Positions 60,914 to 64,000 of a stretch of DNA of 64,000 nucleotides are shown here, piece by piece; within the stretch, counting starts at the first letter, position 1; every line of letters starts with the position of its first letter. The notes under the pieces were generated by a model. It had not been told where the DNA came from. It ran no database searches and worked only from the letters and a program-made list of their open reading frames with translations. Source of the stretch: Chrysomallon squamiferum. Taxonomy: Eukaryota > Animalia > Mollusca. The stretch is taken from positions 8,742,001 through 8,806,000 of the forward strand of contig CM022676.1 of NCBI GenBank assembly GCA_012295275.1, in the 5' to 3' direction. The position numbers and the translations under genes are program-made.

Positions 60914-61143
60914 TGATGATGATGATGATGATGATGATGGCAGTAGGAATAGTAGTAATGAATAAATAAATACATCGAATTAAAAACAAAACACTAATAA
61001 TAGCAGTTTACTTACAGTAAATACTTAACTTTATCGACAAAATAGTTTACTTCAAAATGTCTCTTTAGAATTTACAAAATTATATTTTTAACAATCGATT
61101 TTTATCGTGCACTTTCAAAACTAATCCCTGTTATAATAATAAC

Positions 61144-61213
<70 letters not shown>

Positions 61214-61353
61214 TAATTTTATCGCAAGAAATAAAAATAAAGTTGAAAAATATTTCGTTTCAGAAAAATACAGCCTTGAGGGGACCCTGACTTTCGAACA
61301 GATTACTTTCATTGTGAAATTAATTAAAATCTGTTTCCTTCTACTGATATTGA

Positions 61354-61390
<37 letters not shown>

Positions 61391-61413
61391 AGAGAACAGT
61401 TAAAATAGAGGGA

Positions 61414-61511
<98 letters not shown>

Positions 61512-62040
61512 TTTAATTAAACACGTAATTTCACGTCACTTATTATTTCTATTTCCTTACTTTACAAGATAATGATCATGATTACGATAATAAAATAAAA
61601 ATAAAAATAAAAATAAATAAATAAAATGACCAAAATAATAATAAATAACATCAGCAAGATAGCAATCAATAACAACTGCAATGAGGATGATTCGGTTATT
61701 ACAGCTACTACTACTACCACCACCACCACCACCACTACCACTACTACAGCTACAACTGCTGCTACTACTACCATTATTACTATTCCTACTGCTAGTATTA
61801 CTTCTATTACTACACTTATTGCTATTATTAGTGCTGCTACTACTACTACTACTACTACTGCTGCTACTATTATTACTAATCCTACTGCTATTACTTCTAC
61901 TATTACTCCTTACTACTAGTACTACTACTACTTTTACCACTACTGCTACTGATGATTTCATATCTAGTAGCAAAAAGTGAAATAATACTAAAACATTAAT
62001 ATTATCAATAATGATGATTATGATGCTGATGATGCTGGTG

Positions 62041-62096
<56 letters not shown>

Positions 62097-62567
62097 AATA
62101 AATAAATAAATAAAATATTTTAACTATTTTTATTTAATGGTAACTACTTCCCGGAAAAAAAAAAAAAAAAGAAAGAAAGAAAAAAAAAAAAAAAAGAAAC
62201 CTTCCTGTTTTCCTGTTTTATTTTGCACTTCATGTTTTCGCGTTTTAAAATCGGAGTCGAAATGTCTGTTAAACTTAATCTCTTGTCTATCAACCTCACT
62301 CGGTTAAATTCGATTTTGTATCTTTTTACACTGGATTAATGAGCTGACTTAAATCCTGGCTGATAACTATGCAGGTTCTCGCTTTCGAAATTAGAAACGA
62401 AATCTGTTTTTAATTTTTTAATTTTTATTTAAAAATAAAAATAAAAATAAAAAAATAAAAAATAAAGAAGAAGAAAAAATAAAGAAGAAGAAAAAAAATG
62501 AAAAAGAAGAACAAAATAAAAGAAGGAAAAAAGAGCAATTTGAAATACTTAGATGATGATGATAATG

Positions 62568-62603
<36 letters not shown>

Positions 62604-62752
62604 TATCATTATCATTATCATCATCATTACTAATACGACTACTACTGCTATAACAATACTACTACTACTATTATTGTTGTTATAATTATGATCGTTATTG
62701 TTACCATTAATCACGAAAAGGATATAACATAACCATCGAATACTTAAAAGTA

Positions 62753-63098
62753 CAGGTACCGGACCAATCATCCGGCATCCTGAAATCCGGAAAGACCAGA
62801 AAACCCGAAAAAAATTTCTGGACGCTATTTTCATAGTTCGCACGCGCGGGTGTTGTCCTCGCCAGACCGGAACTACTCTTTCAAGCCGCGTGGCGTTCAT
62901 TCACTCGCCTCACTGTATACGTTTCGAATCGCCACAGTTGTGTATCGTCGATTTTCTTTATGTTTTCTAATTTTAAAATGTTTATGCCTAATTATTTACG
63001 TATTCAGATGCCTTGGTACCAGAAAACCGGTAAACAAAATCCAGAAATCCGGAATGCCTCAGGCCCGAATGAAGTCCGAATAACTGGTCCGGTGCGTG
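62753..63098. mobile_element. Non-autonomous Tc1/mariner-superfamily (pogo/Tigger-like) MITE, 346 bp
   Basis: TA lies on both sides (62751-52 and 63099-100). Imperfect TIRs: CAGGTACCGGACCAATCATCCGG versus the reverse-complemented end CACGCACCGGACCAGTTATTCGG (18/23 by eye). Subterminal (A)ATCCGG(A) repeats occur at both ends, as in Tigger4/Zombi-type elements. There is no transposase ORF. Confidence 0.8.
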
Positions 63099-63420
63099 TA
63101 TTACATAAACTTTATCACAAAACAATAAACAGAGAGGAAAGAACGTGAAGACGTAAATGAACAAGACAGTCGCAAACCAACAAAAAAATATTTTCAGTGA
63201 TCTCAGTTTCCTTAAGTGATGTGATCTCGTAAATTACCACAAACTCGAAACCCCTTCTTTTTTTTTTTTTTTGGATCAGAGTCACTTTTGAACGTATTAA
63301 TTAGCATAAACTGAATTTTAATGTCGTCTCTCTGTCCTCGAAAACTGCTCTTTACGACCTGGCAAAGAGGTGCGTAAACAGTCAAGACGGGAATCCTGTT
63401 CCGATTAATTGACGGATTTG

Positions 63421-63454
<34 letters not shown>

Positions 63455-63822
63455 AATCCGATATTTCGAGACAAGCAGAAGAGTTCTCCAGGATGCCATT
63501 TCCCATCTCAAACATATCTCTATTATCGACAATTTTTTTTCATTTTTTTTTTTTTTTTTTTCCATATTCTTGTAACGGTGATACGGTCTCCCGGAAATGG
63601 GCCATGTTACAAAGCTTGTATACTCAGTAAAAAAAAAAAGACTACAATAAAAAAAATAAAAAAAAAACCATTTAAAAAATTTAAAAAAACAATAAAATAA
63701 AAAAAATAAAAAATTCCATAACACAAGCAGACAGAAGCGTGCACCGTTTTGTAAAAGTATTAAAGACAGACCCCAAATTTTAACAAAGGTAAGAATGTGC
63801 ATTATGGTATTAGTTAAAAATA

Positions 63823-63861
<39 letters not shown>

Positions 63862-64000
63862 ATATTTATATCTTAACATACACTATAAATAATAATCAAC
63901 AACAACAATCAACAATAAAAATCAACAACATATATTTAAAACTTAACTAACACCATCTAACCAATAGTACTTCCATCATAAATGTCTATGTCCTGTGTGT

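Overview
This is eukaryotic, AT-rich, almost entirely non-coding DNA, not prokaryotic. It is probably an invertebrate metazoan (mollusc- or decapod-like, inferred only from the extreme load of (GA)n, (AAT)n, (AGT)n and (ATTT)n microsatellites). Short CpG-rich unique islands of about 200-700 bp alternate with simple-repeat tracts, and nearly all ORFs in the supplied track are microsatellite translation artefacts. The best gene evidence is not in the track: a minus-strand first coding exon at 18868-18805 (CACC-ATG, signal-peptide-like MLNYVKTLLFVSSFLTCFANT, perfect CAG|GTAAGT donor) downstream of a CpG-island/CCAAT promoter at ~19.4-19.9 kb. A possible in-phase 35-nt second exon lies at 7671-7637 (ASQLTCTGCTSE). 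Other clear elements are a 4.4-kb array of a 37-bp hairpin-forming minisatellite (48679-53038), a TA-flanked pogo/Tigger-like MITE (62753-63098), a ~143-bp element duplicated 10 kb apart, a ~58-bp module dispersed within GA/GACA tracts, a palindrome/hairpin cluster at 59.0-59.2 kb, and several homotypic TF-motif clusters. I found no rRNA, tRNA, CRISPR array or recognisable protein family. I cannot demonstrate a new biological system from sequence alone; the findings are ranked leads.
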